NCBI RefSeq assembly: GCF_009914755.1
Contig: NC_060935.1
Direction: 5' to 3' (one strand)
DNA: 64,000 bases
From: the human T2T-CHM13v2.0 reference genome, Homo sapiens
Made by a program: the position numbers and the translations under genes. The notes beneath the pieces were generated by a model. The model searched no databases and had not been told where the DNA came from. It was given only the letters and a program-made list of their open reading frames with translations. This document shows positions 14,149 to 32,344 of the stretch, one piece after another. Positions within the stretch are counted from its first letter, which is position 1; every line of letters begins with the position of its first letter.

Positions 14149-16163
14149 GTTATAATTATGATAGTACTTAACCTGAAAAGTACTTAGGATATAATGTTTC
14201 ATTAAAAAATTGAACACAAAATGCTATCTACAATATGACTGCAACTATGTAAAAACACACATAATCAATATAGACAAACATAAAGCAAAACCAAGTAAGA
14301 AACAGTTATCTGTTTAGGATAGTGGGGTTTTCTCCTTTAGGTTTTCTTTAATACCAGAGTTTTTTGTTGTTGTTGCTAACTTAAAAGGCAAAAAAAAAAA
14401 ATGTAGCTCAAAGCCAAATCAATAAGAAAGTGATTCAAATTTTATGTTTTCATCAAAGAAAAATAATGACGCTGATAATAACTGACTCCAACCTCTTACA
14501 AGTACAAAAACTTCCCCGTATTAGAGACTCAGACTACCAGAAGAAACATCAAGACATAGACTCTGCTGCAGCTGAATGCACCCTGATAGCCCCAGAGAAA
14601 ACCACCCCACCAGGAAAGCAGGTATACAGGCATCCCCTCAGTGGCAGACTGCACTATCCTGCACAAAGGTAACACCACTTAACCATCTTCTTTCTTGATC
14701 TGCTCTTCAGAACACAGGAATGGCTACTTGTAAGAAATGGCCTGAAGTAGAGATGCATGGCTAAGGAATAGAGACTTAAATTTCCTTTGTTAAATCAAAT
14801 AGGCAAAAGTAGAAAACTAGTGTTAATGAGGGAAAAAGAAGGGGACAGTTTATTAAGAGAATTAATACAGTCCAATGAAGGCATGGCAAGATTTAGGATA
14901 TATATTACTCAGATGCCTTGGAGATGGTACTTATTAGACACTTAGAAAAAAAGTCTCTATTGGACTCTGTGAAATTCATAAAGAATGAATTTGCCATCCC
15001 AAAGTGGATTATATTTTTCAAAAGAGCACAAACAATAGCTTTATAGTGTGGCTGTTCTACTACATTTACAAAGAATCTACAAGATATGCAGATTAAGTAA
15101 ATGTCATTTAGTCTCATTGCTGAATGTTTTCATACTCTACAACGCAGTTACATTTAGAGTACACATAGTTTATCTTAATCATTGAACATTTATACAACTG
15201 TAAGGAACCTCATCCTTCCTTGTCCCATCAAAAAAAACCACAAAATAATTAATTTTAAAAGATACATAGGTGAAGGATAAATCTGTAATTAATTAACATG
15301 AACTATATATACATTAAAGAAGGGAGAAAAACACTTTATAAACAAGCCAAACCGCCACTCTCTTTATCTATCATCTATTGGGGTACACAATAAAATAAAT
15401 GTGTTAAATCACCAATTATTTCACTGACATTTTTGACCTATGACAAATTCAATGTTGACTATCCAATTGATAATTTTATACATCTTGGAATTCCACCTCT
15501 CCTGCAGTATCTCCTAGCCAAGCCAGTATTTCCTGGAATCCCTGAGGTCAGGAAAAGTATCTGAAATGCATATCAAACAATGCATATTAAACGGTGGTAA
15601 CTCCTGGAAAAGTAGCGCTCATCCTTAATTACAAATGAGAATCATATGCTATGGCTTTTTATATATGCGCAGGCCTCTCCCAAAATCTACCAACGCAGAA
15701 TCTTAGGAATAGGGCCTAGGCATCTGTAATGTAAAGTGCACAGGTGACTCTTGCTTTTATAATGCGTTCTTGGCATCTATATTTGAATAAGCTATGTTTA
15801 ATTCTGGGAATTCAAAATATTTCAAAGACAATGTCATCACACTATAATGGCAATATTCAGGAATTTGAATAAACTATACGATCTTCTTAATTGCATAACC
15901 ATCCCCCTCCACCACTTCAAAACATCACAGAGGCTGGAGAGTATATCACCTCTCAGACTGATCAAATGCAGTCTAAACAGAGCTGCCTTTTCTCTAGTTA
16001 CAGGTGCTGGCCAACTGACTCTTACTTAAAAGGGAATCTTTAAACTTCTTTGCCTTTCAGCCCTTGATCCACTATAAATCAAAACAAGGTGGTCAAACTG
16101 AGTTACCTGAAAAGAGATAATCTTATCATAAAATTAAAGTTTAAATTTGTCATGAACAGGCCT

Positions 16164-17630
<1,467 letters not shown>

Positions 17631-17634
17631 TGTA

Positions 17635-17925
17635 GATCGAGTGTGGTGGCTCATGCCTATAATCCCAGCACTTTGGGAGGCCAAAGAAGGGGGACTGCTT
17701 GAGCTCCACAGTTCAATGATGCCTGGGAGACATAGTAAGACCCTGTCTCTACTAAGAATTTAAAAAATTAGCCAGGCATAGTGGCACACATCTGTAGTCT
17801 GAGCTACTCAGGAGGCTGAGGCAAGAGGACTGTTTGAGCTCAAGGGGTTAAGGCTGCAGTGAGCCATGACCGCACCACTATAACCTAGCCCAGACAACAG
17901 AGACCCTGTCTCAAGACAAAAAAAA
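17635..17925 (+). mobile_element. AluJ
   Basis: Diverged dimeric Alu. Confidence 0.85.
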
Positions 17926-18271
17926 ACACAATGTCATATCTTAGAATGACCACTTTAAAAACAGAGGAATAGCTAACAAATGCAAAAAGAAAAAGAAAAA
18001 AGAAAGAAAGAAAATGGAATACTAACAATTTCAATTGATTCAATGTAACTAAGAAAAACTATTATATAAAACACTTCTTTTAGTAAAACAGAGCAAACCA
18101 TTCTTCCATGGAGAGAGCTGGCTAATGCAAAACTACATTTCACAACAGAAACAATGTTTTAATTGATGGCTATGATATAAAACCTTTGGATAAAGGCAGC
18201 TAAAATGAAATTTGACATTAGGCAAGACTCTATCTAATATGTTTGCTTGTTTCAAGACAAAAGAATTCCAC

Positions 18272-18722
<451 letters not shown>

Positions 18723-18973
18723 TTAGAAATAAATTTTAAAGTCTATTAATAATGAAAATAGCTTCACTAAAAACTAATTAAAAGCCAAAAATGGCATTTT
18801 AGCATCAACTAATACGAACTTTTATAATATCTGTTAAATATCTGTTATGCTTAACAGACATGCAATAAAATGTTTACCAATATTACTGAATCATTAAATT
18901 TTAGTTTTGAGCATAATATTCACATAGTTTAAAATTCAAAATACACAAAAAAGAACATACAATAAAAAGCTTA

Positions 18974-19270
18974 GACTGGGTGCAGTGGCTCACGTCTGTA
19001 ATCCCAGCACTTTGGGAGGCCAAGGCAGGTGGATCACTTGAGGTCAGAAGTCCAAGACCAGCCTGACCAACATGGCAAAACCCTATCTTTATGAAAAATA
19101 AAAAAATTTGCCGAGCATCGTGTTGCACACCTGTAATCCTAGCTACTCAGGAGGCCAAGGCACAAGAATTGCTGGAACACGGGAGGCAGAGGTTGCAGTG
19201 AGCCGAGATTGCACCACTGTGCTCCAGCCTGGGATGGAATAAGACTCTGTCTCAAAAGCAAACAACAAAA
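18974..19270 (+). mobile_element. AluS
   Basis: Dimeric Alu. Confidence 0.88.
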
Positions 19271-20023
19271 AGAGTCTCTGTCCCTTGCTCCCATCCTCCA
19301 ATCACCAGTAAGAGGAAAAACAATTATCACTAAAATACAATCAGGAGACATATATAATATATACTCCAACTTGTTTCTGTGGAACCACAGACATGGTAAC
19401 ACTTTTCATAACACCAGAAATAACATTTTCTTATTAAATTGGGATTATTTCCAAGCTCACAAAACAGAAAACATCTGGATGACAAAGGATTCCCACATGA
19501 ATGCCAAAAAGATCAAATGGAATGTTAAAACAAAGCACGATCAAGGAATATTGAAAGGACCTAACAAAATGAAATTAACAAAAATACCAGCTAAGGTTCC
19601 ATAAATTACTCCCGATCAACACTGACAGAACATCTGCAGCAGTGGGACAAAGGACAGGGTTACAAGTTTCTGTGCCTAGATCCCTAATTAGTTACTGAAA
19701 AGCCAAGAACACGAGCCAGACTTACAAAACTAACCCCTGCTTATGCATCAGATCACCCCTGAAGACTGATACCAACAACATAGAATGGCATCTGTGGGGC
19801 TCAAATGAACATCTGGAGAATTTACAAAGAAAACCATCAACTTACAGGCCTCCTCAGATAAACAGCTTCAGACTTGATACTCTCAAGAGTAAATTGCCAA
19901 TCATCAATTATTAAGGGGCAAATTATTCAGCTAAGGGTGATTAAAACTCTTTATATGGCCTTCCCTCCTTTAAATTTAGGCACTTCACTAATGCCTTCAC
20001 CTGAGAAGTAAAAAGAAGTTCAC

Positions 20024-20247
20024 AGCTGGGTGCAGTGGCTCAAGCTGTAATCCCAACACTTTGGGTTGGGGGGCGGGGGTGGGAATCACCTGAGGTCAAG
20101 GTCAAGAGTTTGAGACCAGCCTGGCCAACATAGTGAAGCACCGTCTCTACTAAAAATACAAAAAATTAGCCAGGCGTTGTGAGATCACACCACTGTACTC
20201 CAGCCTGGGCAACAGAATAAGACCATCTCAAAAAAAAAAAAAAAAAA
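20024..20247 (+). mobile_element. Alu with internal right-arm deletion
   Basis: Jumps from caggcgttgt directly to gagatcacaccact. Confidence 0.85.
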
Positions 20248-20599
20248 GGTTCACTGAGAACACAATTGCCTGCGGGCCCTTTGACCACCATTTCTCCAAA
20301 TTATCAGAAGACTGAAGTGGTAAGATTGGGAGGAGAATCCTAAGAGGCCAAAATACAAAAACCTACTCCTAACCTGACATACTTAATTCAAAAGGAATTG
20401 GGAAGAGGGAATACAAATAATTTCTATGGAGTCTCTAATTACCAGTCAGCTTGGGACAACTGGAGTTCCAGTGATAGCCCTCATAATCTAACTCCAATGC
20501 ATTTTTTAATACTTTTATGGGAACCTCTAGGAGTAAACTGGAAATGGGTCCCTGCAGCAAATCAGGCAAAACAATAATGTGGCAAAAGCTACATTACTG

Positions 20600-20990
20600 C
20601 CACCACTACCTTTTTTGTTTGTTGGCAAGGACCTACCTCCAAGAAGATCACATTTCCAGCCTCCTCTGCAGCTAGGCATGTTCAAGCATATGACGCAAAC
20701 ACAGATAATGAAATATAAGGGAAAGTCTGTTGAGTTAATTTCTGGTAAAAAATTTCTTCCCTGGTGGAACAAAAGAAAAAAGGAAGGAAACAGAGATGGG
20801 GGAAGGAGGGAGAAAGGTAGGAAAAATTTGCATAAGGAGAAATTGTCCTGCTCTCCTCTTCTTCCACCTGAAGTTGTTATATGAAAATATAGTACTTGGA
20901 GTTGCAGAAACTATCCAGCAATCACGAGGAGAATCATTACCAACATACAGAAAGATGGAAGGTACCTAGGACTACTAACCGTGGTGAAAG
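20600..20990. mobile_element. LTR16-like ERVL LTR fragment
   Basis: Motif cacatttccagcctcctctgcagctagg; heavily decayed. Confidence 0.45.
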
Positions 20991-21081
20991 ATTCTGTAGC
21001 ATCACTGGAGCAGTTTATCTTTGAGATTAATTTCACGTTTCAACCCACAGGTTACTCTTTAAAGAATAAGTCAGGCTATAA

Positions 21082-21388
<307 letters not shown>

Positions 21389-21493
21389 AGAGACTCTAAT
21401 TTCTAAATTGATGTTCTCAATTACAAAACAAATTACAGCTGGGCGCCATAATTTGTGAACTAGAATTGATACCCAGGTTGCATGTCTCTAAAC

Positions 21494-22026
21494 CAGGGGT
21501 CCCCAACCCCCAGGCCACGGACCACTAACGGTCTGTGGCCTGTTAGGAACTGGGACACACAACAGGAGGTGAGTGGCGGGCAAGCAGGCCAAGCTTCGTC
21601 CATACTTACAGCCGCCCCCGCATTGCTCACATTGCCACCTGAGCTCCGCCTCCTGTCAGATCAGCAGCAGCATTAGATTCTCATGGCACGAACCCTATTG
21701 TGAACTGCACATGCAAGGGATCTAGGTTGCATGCTCCTCATGAGAATCTAATGCCTGATGATCTGTCACTGTCTCCCACCAACCCCAGATGGGACCGTCC
21801 AGTTGCAGAAAAACAAGCTCAGCCTCCCACTGATTCTACAGTATACTGGGTTGCATAATTGTTTTCATTATATATTACAATGTAACAATAATAGGAATAA
21901 AGTGCACAATAAATGTAATGCACTTGAATCATCCCAAAACCATCCCCCTGACCCCACCCGCAGTCCATGGGAAAACTGTCTTCCAGGAAACTGGTCCCTG
22001 GTGCCAAAAAGGGTTGGGGACCACTG
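21494..22026. mobile_element. MER1A (hAT-Charlie), complete
   Basis: TIRs caggggtccccaacc / ggttggggaccactg, 533 bp; 8-bp TSD ctctaaac / ctgtaaac. Confidence 0.9.
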
Positions 22027-22090
22027 CTGTAAACTAGCACTTGTTCCGATATATCACACCTATGCTACCACACAGATTACCTTCATAATC

Positions 22091-22391
22091 TTTTTTTTTT
22101 TTTTTTTTTTGAGACAGAGTCTCGCTCTGTCGCCCAGGCTGGAGTGCAGTGGTGTGATCTCAGCTCACTCACTGCAAGCTCTGCCTCCCGGGTTCACGTC
22201 ATTCTCCTGCCTTAGCCCCCACCGAGTAGCTGGGACTCCAGGCACCCGCCACCACGCCCAGCTAATTTTTTTTAGTAGAGACGGGGTTTCACCATGTTAG
22301 CCAGGATGGTCTCAATCTCCTGATCTCGTGATCCGCCCGCCTTGGCCTCCCAAAGTGCTGGGATTACAGGTGTGAGCCACCGCGCCTGGCC
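22091..22391 (-). mobile_element. AluY/Sc-like
   Basis: Dimeric Alu; TSD cataatct. Confidence 0.9.
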
Positions 22392-23287
22392 CATAATCTC
22401 TTATATTTATATACCTGGGTGTGGCTAAAAAGACCAGGGGAAGGTAAAGTATACATAAAAATTATTCAATACTTTTTTCTTAGAGATAGGGTCTTGCTAA
22501 GTTGCCCAGGCTGGAGTGTAGTGGCTACTCACAAGTACTATCATAGCTCACTGTGGGCTCAAGCAGATCCTCTTGCCTTAGCAAGGACTACAGGCACGTG
22601 CTATGGTGCCAGACTAACACTTCTATTCTTAACCCTAGAGATAAGTAACTTTCATTATTAGTCCTTAGTTTAATACCATCAAGTTCAGGAGAGTATCCTC
22701 TATTCATGTCTATGAATCATAAACTATCTTCACCTGCCTTGGGCTGCAATGGCTGTCCCATTCAGAAAAGAATCTTTAAATTTTAGGAGCAGGTAAAGAT
22801 TTCTGAATAATGGCTTAGGAGCTAATAAACCAAGAGTCACCAATAGGAAGAGGTATTACCAAAACCCTAATTCTTTCAATTTCAAGTACACAGTGGTCTG
22901 TGACAAAAAAAGTTTAATTAAACAGACCCTCTCAAACTATATTTCCTTCTCTGCCTAGTTAGCATCTCCTTTTTCTCCCCAACATAACTGACCATAATAT
23001 GGAAGTATATATTTACATTTAAATTTTATTTAGTCATTCGAAGTTGCATGTTACCTTTTATTAATTATAAAATCAGGTAATCTTTTTTTCCCTCTCTTAA
23101 AGAAATGTTATTTAAGTGTAGCCCTACTTGATCTTTTTTTCTTGCAGCTCTCAGTTTTTCAAAAATTCTCCCTCTCAAGATTTACAACATTTTAAGTTCT
23201 AATTTGAAAGAATACTAATTGAGAAGCAACTATGATTGTTGAATGAATTTTTAAATACCTGAGTCCAGTACCTGATCTGCTACTTCC

Positions 23288-24435
<1,148 letters not shown>

Positions 24436-24494
24436 TAACTTCCTTTTGTACCTTGAATAAGACAACATTCTTCCTGGACTTCAATTTTCCACTA

Positions 24495-24715
24495 ATAACA
24501 GTAGCTACCAATGCTAAATACCTACCATTCTTGGCATTTCACCTGTCTCATTTTACTTTCACAGAAAAGCAAAAAGGTCAATATTAATCTTGTTTCACAC
24601 ATACAAAATACTGAAGCTCAGAAAAGCTAAGCCACTTGTCCAAGATTACCCAGCTAATAAGCAGCAGAGCTGGGTTTCAATCTACGGCCTACCTTCAAAG
24701 CTCTTGTTTCCATTA
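24495..24715. mobile_element. MIR
   Basis: actgaagctcagaaaagctaagccacttgtccaagattacccagcta. Confidence 0.65.
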
Positions 24716-24759
24716 CCAGTGGTTCTCAAAATTAAGTGCACATAAAAAACTCAGGTGAA

Positions 24760-25061
24760 GACAGGCACTGTGACTCATGCCTGTAATCCCAGCACTTTGG
24801 CAGGCTGAGTCAGGTGGATTGCTTGAGCCCAGGAGTTTGAGACCAGCCTGGACAACATGGCAAAACCCCATCTCTACAAAAAAATACAAAAATTAGCTGG
24901 GCATGGTGGTGTGCAACTGTAGTCCTAGCTACTCCGGAGGCTGGGGTGAGAGGATTGCTTGATCCCAGAAGGTGGAGATTGCAGTGAGCCATGACCATGC
25001 CCCCTGCACTCCAGTCTGGGTGACAGAATGAAACGGTAACAGAAAAAAAAAAAAAAAAAAA
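24760..25061 (+). mobile_element. AluJ
   Basis: TSD aaaaaa(c)ctcaggtga. Confidence 0.88.
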
Positions 25062-25074
25062 CCTCAGGTGATTC

Positions 25075-26330
<1,256 letters not shown>

Positions 26331-26404
26331 CTAGACCAGATTAGATTACCTCTAAGATCTCTTTCTAGATACAACAGTCTCTGAGACACTGAAAAAAAGT
26401 CTCA

Positions 26405-26697
<293 letters not shown>

Positions 26698-26969
26698 GTC
26701 TCAGAACATCCATAAACAGACCTTGGAATCCAATCTCCCATGACTCCTGGGAATCTACAGTTCAGAGAAAGTAACATACAGTACAGTAATTCCTCACTTG
26801 AGGTCTCTAGACCACCAGGTGTCTGCAAAGGCAGGACAGGTGCTTCTTGAGCCAGTTTCAATTCTTCAGAACATCTATAAGAAATCACATATTCAGCCTT
26901 CTCTGGGATAAAGTTTTTTAAGTGTCTTTGACTTTGGTGAAACTCACGTTAACGGTTTGAAAATAGTGA

Positions 26970-27506
<537 letters not shown>

Positions 27507-28091
27507 TAGAGTCTTCAACAATATAATTCACTTCATTTCACTGTGCCTCAGTTCCCACTTTCATCTATAAAATGAACAAACATGATAATATCCACCTGAC
27601 TAAAATTCAATAATTTTTCCATATTATAGACCTCCTTAAACTGTCCTCTAAGAAGGTAGTTCTTTAAATTCTGGGTCACTGCAAAAAATTTTTCTTAACT
27701 AACTCTACTCAACATAGCACAGGATAAACAATCCTAAGAAGAAAAGTACACAGACTCTAGTATGTAGAAACTTATTGTAAGTGGTCTTAAAAAGCAAAGA
27801 GAAAAAAATATAATAATAAACTAAAAAGAAAGTAGACTCTACTTGTCTACTGCTGATAGCAAAAGTCAACAGGAAACACATCAGTATAAAACCTCCACAA
27901 AGCATGGAATGTCCCTGATTAACAACAAATTAGTTGTCTTTTCATCTCAAACTTCACTCCCAAATACTAGCTTCCAAATGCCATTCGCAGAACAAATGAA
28001 CTGAAAAAGGGGAGGAGAACAAAGGAGAAAAACTGTATCATAATTGGTCTCCTCCCCTCGAAATTCCAAAAGATAAGAACTGGGGATTAAG

Positions 28092-28410
28092 GGGTGCGTT
28101 GCAGCAGTAGTGGCTCATTTCTGTAATCCCAGCACTTTGGGAGGCTGAGTGGGAGAATCACTTGAGCCCAGGAGTTCAAGACGAGCCTGGGCAACAAACA
28201 AACCCTGTCTCTACAAAATCTTTAAAATAAGCCAGGCATGGTGGCACGTGCCTATAGTCCTAGGTACTTGGGAGGCTGAGGCAGAAGGATCACCTGAACC
28301 CAGGAGGACAAGGACACAGTGAGCTAAGATCACACCACTGCATTCCAGCCTGGGCAACAGAGCAAGACTCTTGTCTCTTAAGAAAAAAAAAAAAAGAAAG
28401 AAAAAAGAAG
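28092..28410 (+). mobile_element. AluJ
   Basis: Diverged dimeric Alu. Confidence 0.85.
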
Positions 28411-28527
28411 GGACGTAATGGGGAAGAACTAGACAAAATTTAGCATAAAATTCTATTTACAGTCTAATGTGCTGTAGATTTTTTTTTAACTTTTTTCAAT
28501 GATATAAAAACTTTTGACATTTTCTCA

Positions 28528-28783
28528 AGCTGGGCACAGTGGCCTGACGGTAGGACTGCTTGAACCCAAAGTTCAAGACCAGCCTGAGTAACATGGTAAG
28601 ACCCCATGTCTACAAAAAACACAAAAATTAGCCGCGCACCTGGAGTCTCAGCTACCATGGAGGATGAGATGGGAGGATCGCTTGAGCCCGAGAGGAGAGG
28701 TTGCAGTAAGCAGAGATCACACCACTGCATTCCAGCCTGGGCAACAGAGTGAGACTGCCTCAAATTTAATAATAATAAAAAAA
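28528..28783 (+). mobile_element. AluJ with deletions
   Basis: Diverged Alu. Confidence 0.82.
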
Positions 28784-28964
28784 ATTATCTACTACTAATT
28801 TCTTTAAGAACACAAAGCTATTTGTACTTTTCTAAGTGAATTCATACTAACTTAAATTGAGCATAAAGTTGGCAGGGGGCACTGGTGAGAAGGAGCACTA
28901 GTCTCAAAAGAGGAAAAGCAAGTAAGATCCTTTACAACTTAATTCATATAAAAACCCAAGTTCG

Positions 28965-29261
28965 GGCCAGGCGCAGTGGCTCATGCCTGTAATCCTAGCA
29001 CTTTGGGAGGCCGAGGCGGGTGGATCACTTGAGGTCAGGAGTTCAAAAGCAGCCTGGCCAACATGGTGAAACCCAGTCTCTACTAACAATACAAAAAAAT
29101 TAGCCGGGCGTGGTGGCAGGTGTGGTGGCAGCTACTAGGGAGGCTGAGGCAGGTGAACTGCTTGTACCCAGGAGGCGGAGGTTGCAGTAAGCTGAGATTG
29201 CACCACTGCACTCCAGCCTAGCCAACAGAGCGAGACTTTGTCTCAAAAACAAACAAAAAAA
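28965..29261 (+). mobile_element. AluS
   Basis: Dimeric Alu; TSD ...ccaagttc. Confidence 0.9.
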
Positions 29262-30359
29262 CATCCAAGTTCAGAGATTTCCAGTGAATTTTTAAAAAAT
29301 CATTCCACTTACTAGGGCAGACAAGAGAAGCCAGATCACCTCCTTCCTCAGGCAACTGAAGTTATCATGAATACCAAGAGGAGGCAAGTTTCAACTTTTT
29401 CAATATTGTCTTTGAAAAAAAAAAGCAAATCAGAAACCTAAACTCTTGTTTTAGTAGGTAATACGGTATCCTATTTACAACTCTATGGGAATGAAAGGAT
29501 TCATTCCATTAAGTTAATATAGATAGAAGAACACACTAACTCCTTTAAAAAAAACCTGTTAATCCTTGGAGCACCAACAATCTCTGTCTTTACATATTAT
29601 ATACTCTACAACAAACAAGATAGTGTAATTAAAGTGATCACGTGAACCAAAGTATATAACACAAGCTCAACAGAGGCCCCTATAGCTCCCCTACAGAGTG
29701 TATACAGTATCTCACCCAAGAAAAAATAAGATACATTTAAATATAGCCAGTTACATTCGACAACAAGGGTATAAAGATACAAAAATGAATAATAGCCCAT
29801 AACTTCAAAGACTTCATCTGAGGGAGGATGCCAGAACCATGTGCAAAATCAAAATCCTTTGAGATCACAGAGAACAAAGAACTTGCAGTTATTGGTAATC
29901 AAGAATTTGTCAGGTGAAAAAGTGGGAGGAAGGGTACCAACAGGCAAAGACAACAGCATACACAGGGGCATGAATGTAGAGTGCACAGTTAGACAACCTG
30001 ACGTCCCGAGTGACCAGAGCAGGGGGAAGAAAGAGGAAGGATGCATGGGCATGAAACGGTAGTAACTAAGCCAGGAAAGGAAGCTTGCAGCTGGGTTGCA
30101 GAGAACCATATATACTATGACAAAGTGTTTGACCTTTATCCAGAAGGCCACAGAGGAGTGATCTATAATAATGTTTTTAGAAAGCTAACTGGTGGTAATG
30201 TGGAAGACATATTTAAAAGAAGAGATGGGAGATGGAAGATATAAGGACACTACTGCAATAATTAGGATACTAGTATATTGCAAGCAAAATGTGATGGATC
30301 AGCAATAATACAAACTAAGCAACAGCAACAGGAGCAACAGACTATATCAACTTAGCTTA

Positions 30360-30555
30360 GATGTGTGCCACATCTCATATGTATTGTCATTTGATCAATA
30401 CAACCTTGGGCAACAGAGGCCATTATTGCCCCATTTTACAAATAAGAAAAATTAAGTTTATAAAGATTAATTCATTTTCTACAAGTCAGCACAGATATCA
30501 GGACACAAACTCAGGACTGTCTGACTGCAGTGTCCATATTCTTGACCATAAGCTC
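30360..30555. mobile_element. MIR
   Basis: attattgccccattttacaaataagaaaattaag...tctgactgcagtgtccatattcttgacca. Confidence 0.65.
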
Positions 30556-30821
30556 CTGCACCAAGCTACAGACAACAGGGGAAAAATGGAGACAAAACGC
30601 AATCAAGAAGTCTTTAGAAGACACAACCAACAGAAATTATTACAACTACTGACCACCCATACCCCACACGGGATCTTCACTTACACACTAATTCTGCCTT
30701 CCTGAACTGCTTCTGAAAATGTATTACTTTCTTCATCTAGATATTTCTTAGTTTGCTTAATAAGTTAAAAAAACCTTACATTTTTAACCATGTCAAGAGT
30801 TTCAGATATCTTGCACAGGAA

Positions 30822-31123
30822 TTTTTTTTTTTTTTTTTTTTTGAGACAGGGTCTCACTCTGTTGCCCAGGCTGGAGAGCAGTGGTGCCATCTCGGCTCAC
30901 TGCAACCTCCGCCTACTAGGTTCAAGCAATTCTCTGCCTCAGCCTCCTGAGTAGCTAGGACTACAGGCGCACGCCACCATGCCTGGTTAATTTTTGTATT
31001 TTTAGTAGAGACAGGGTTTTATCATGTTGGCCAGGCTGGTCTCGAACTCCTGACCTCAGGTGATCTGCCTGCCTCAGCCTGCCAAAGTGCTGGGATTACA
31101 GGTGTCAGTGACTGCGCACGGCC
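30822..31123 (-). mobile_element. AluS
   Basis: TSD gcacaggaattttt / gcataggaattttt. Confidence 0.9.
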
Positions 31124-32246
31124 TCGCATAGGAATTTTTAAGTCTAAATATTTTCTTATGGCTATGATAAGGGAAGGAAGACAAATACAGAATTAAAATT
31201 GTAATTTTCAGTCAGAAAACAACAATCTTGATATATCCAGGTTGGATGAGAATAGATTTATATGCCTTAGTCATAAACCCTGAAGACAGGTATACAGCAG
31301 AAATGCTTATAGTGCCTAAATATAGGAGAGGAAAAAAGGAAATTCTTGAAACTAAAATCTTTGGGCTATAAACAGCAATCCAAACACATAATTTTATCAT
31401 TAACACCAGAGTTAATATTTTTCATGAAACCAACACGAAGTTAGTGTACCACCAGAAAACTAGGTAACTGATGAGGCTTACAGACCCAATTCCAATTTGA
31501 TAAATGTATTATACAAGGGAAATAAGAATTGCAGCCACTCTTGCTTCACCATGCAAATCATCTTCCATTCTTGACGAAAATCTTTGTTGAACTGTCAGTC
31601 TGTATTACAAGATTGTTAAATAAGTGGTATTTCTTTCATTAAAATAAGTCATCCATCCCTCTAGTAAGAAAGATACTGATTTTCACAATATTAGCAAGAT
31701 GTCTTAGCTATTCAAAGTTAACTTGATTATGAATATGAGTAACCTCAATAATAAAATAAAATATGATAAACACACTTCTCACTAAATTTGGCACTCAAAA
31801 ACAAAGTTGTATTTGTCATGTTCTAACCCAGTGAGAGCATATAACCATCTGGGGTTGACTGGCTCACCCCCAGATATTAACCATTAACCACAAGTGTTGG
31901 TTTAAAAATCTAACTGTGTAAAACCGTTAAGGTCAATAAAATGATTGTTACAATTCCGTGGAAAGATTATTTAAACAAGAATCTTTAATTATTATAATTT
32001 GACTAGTAAGACTTTTAAGGTCCTTGTTTTTTCTGAATACTATGTGTGCATTATAGGTCCCCCACTGAAGGAAAAAGTTTGTATTGTGTTAGTTCCAGTT
32101 CTAATTTCCAGCTGAGTCAAAGTTCTAACAGCCTTAAAGCAGGAAATCCAAAAGGAAATTCCATCATCAGTTCCTGGGGCTTGGTAACTCAAAGGTTCTT
32201 TGAAACAGACAAACAGAAGTCCTTGAACTATTTACTATAGCCTTAC

Positions 32247-32344
32247 CTCATATCTTCAAGCAAATCACATTCTGCTTGATGTTTGGCTTGAAGTTTTGTC
32301 ATCTGCTCAACTTGAATGTTTTTCAGTTCTTGTGTAACTTTCAC
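32247..32344 (-). CDS. FCHSD2: FCHSD2 coding exon 2 (VKVTQELKNIQVEQMTKLQAKHQAECDLLEDMR, start of the F-BAR domain)
   Basis: ttttag|GTGAAAGTTACACAAG...GAAGATATGAG|gtaagg; 98 nt, open frame, canonical acceptor and donor. The peptide matches FCHSD2 as I recall it. Confidence 0.97.

Noticed and set aside
21758-22300. 180-aa ORF
   Set aside because: Runs through MER1A and an Alu; chance open frame.
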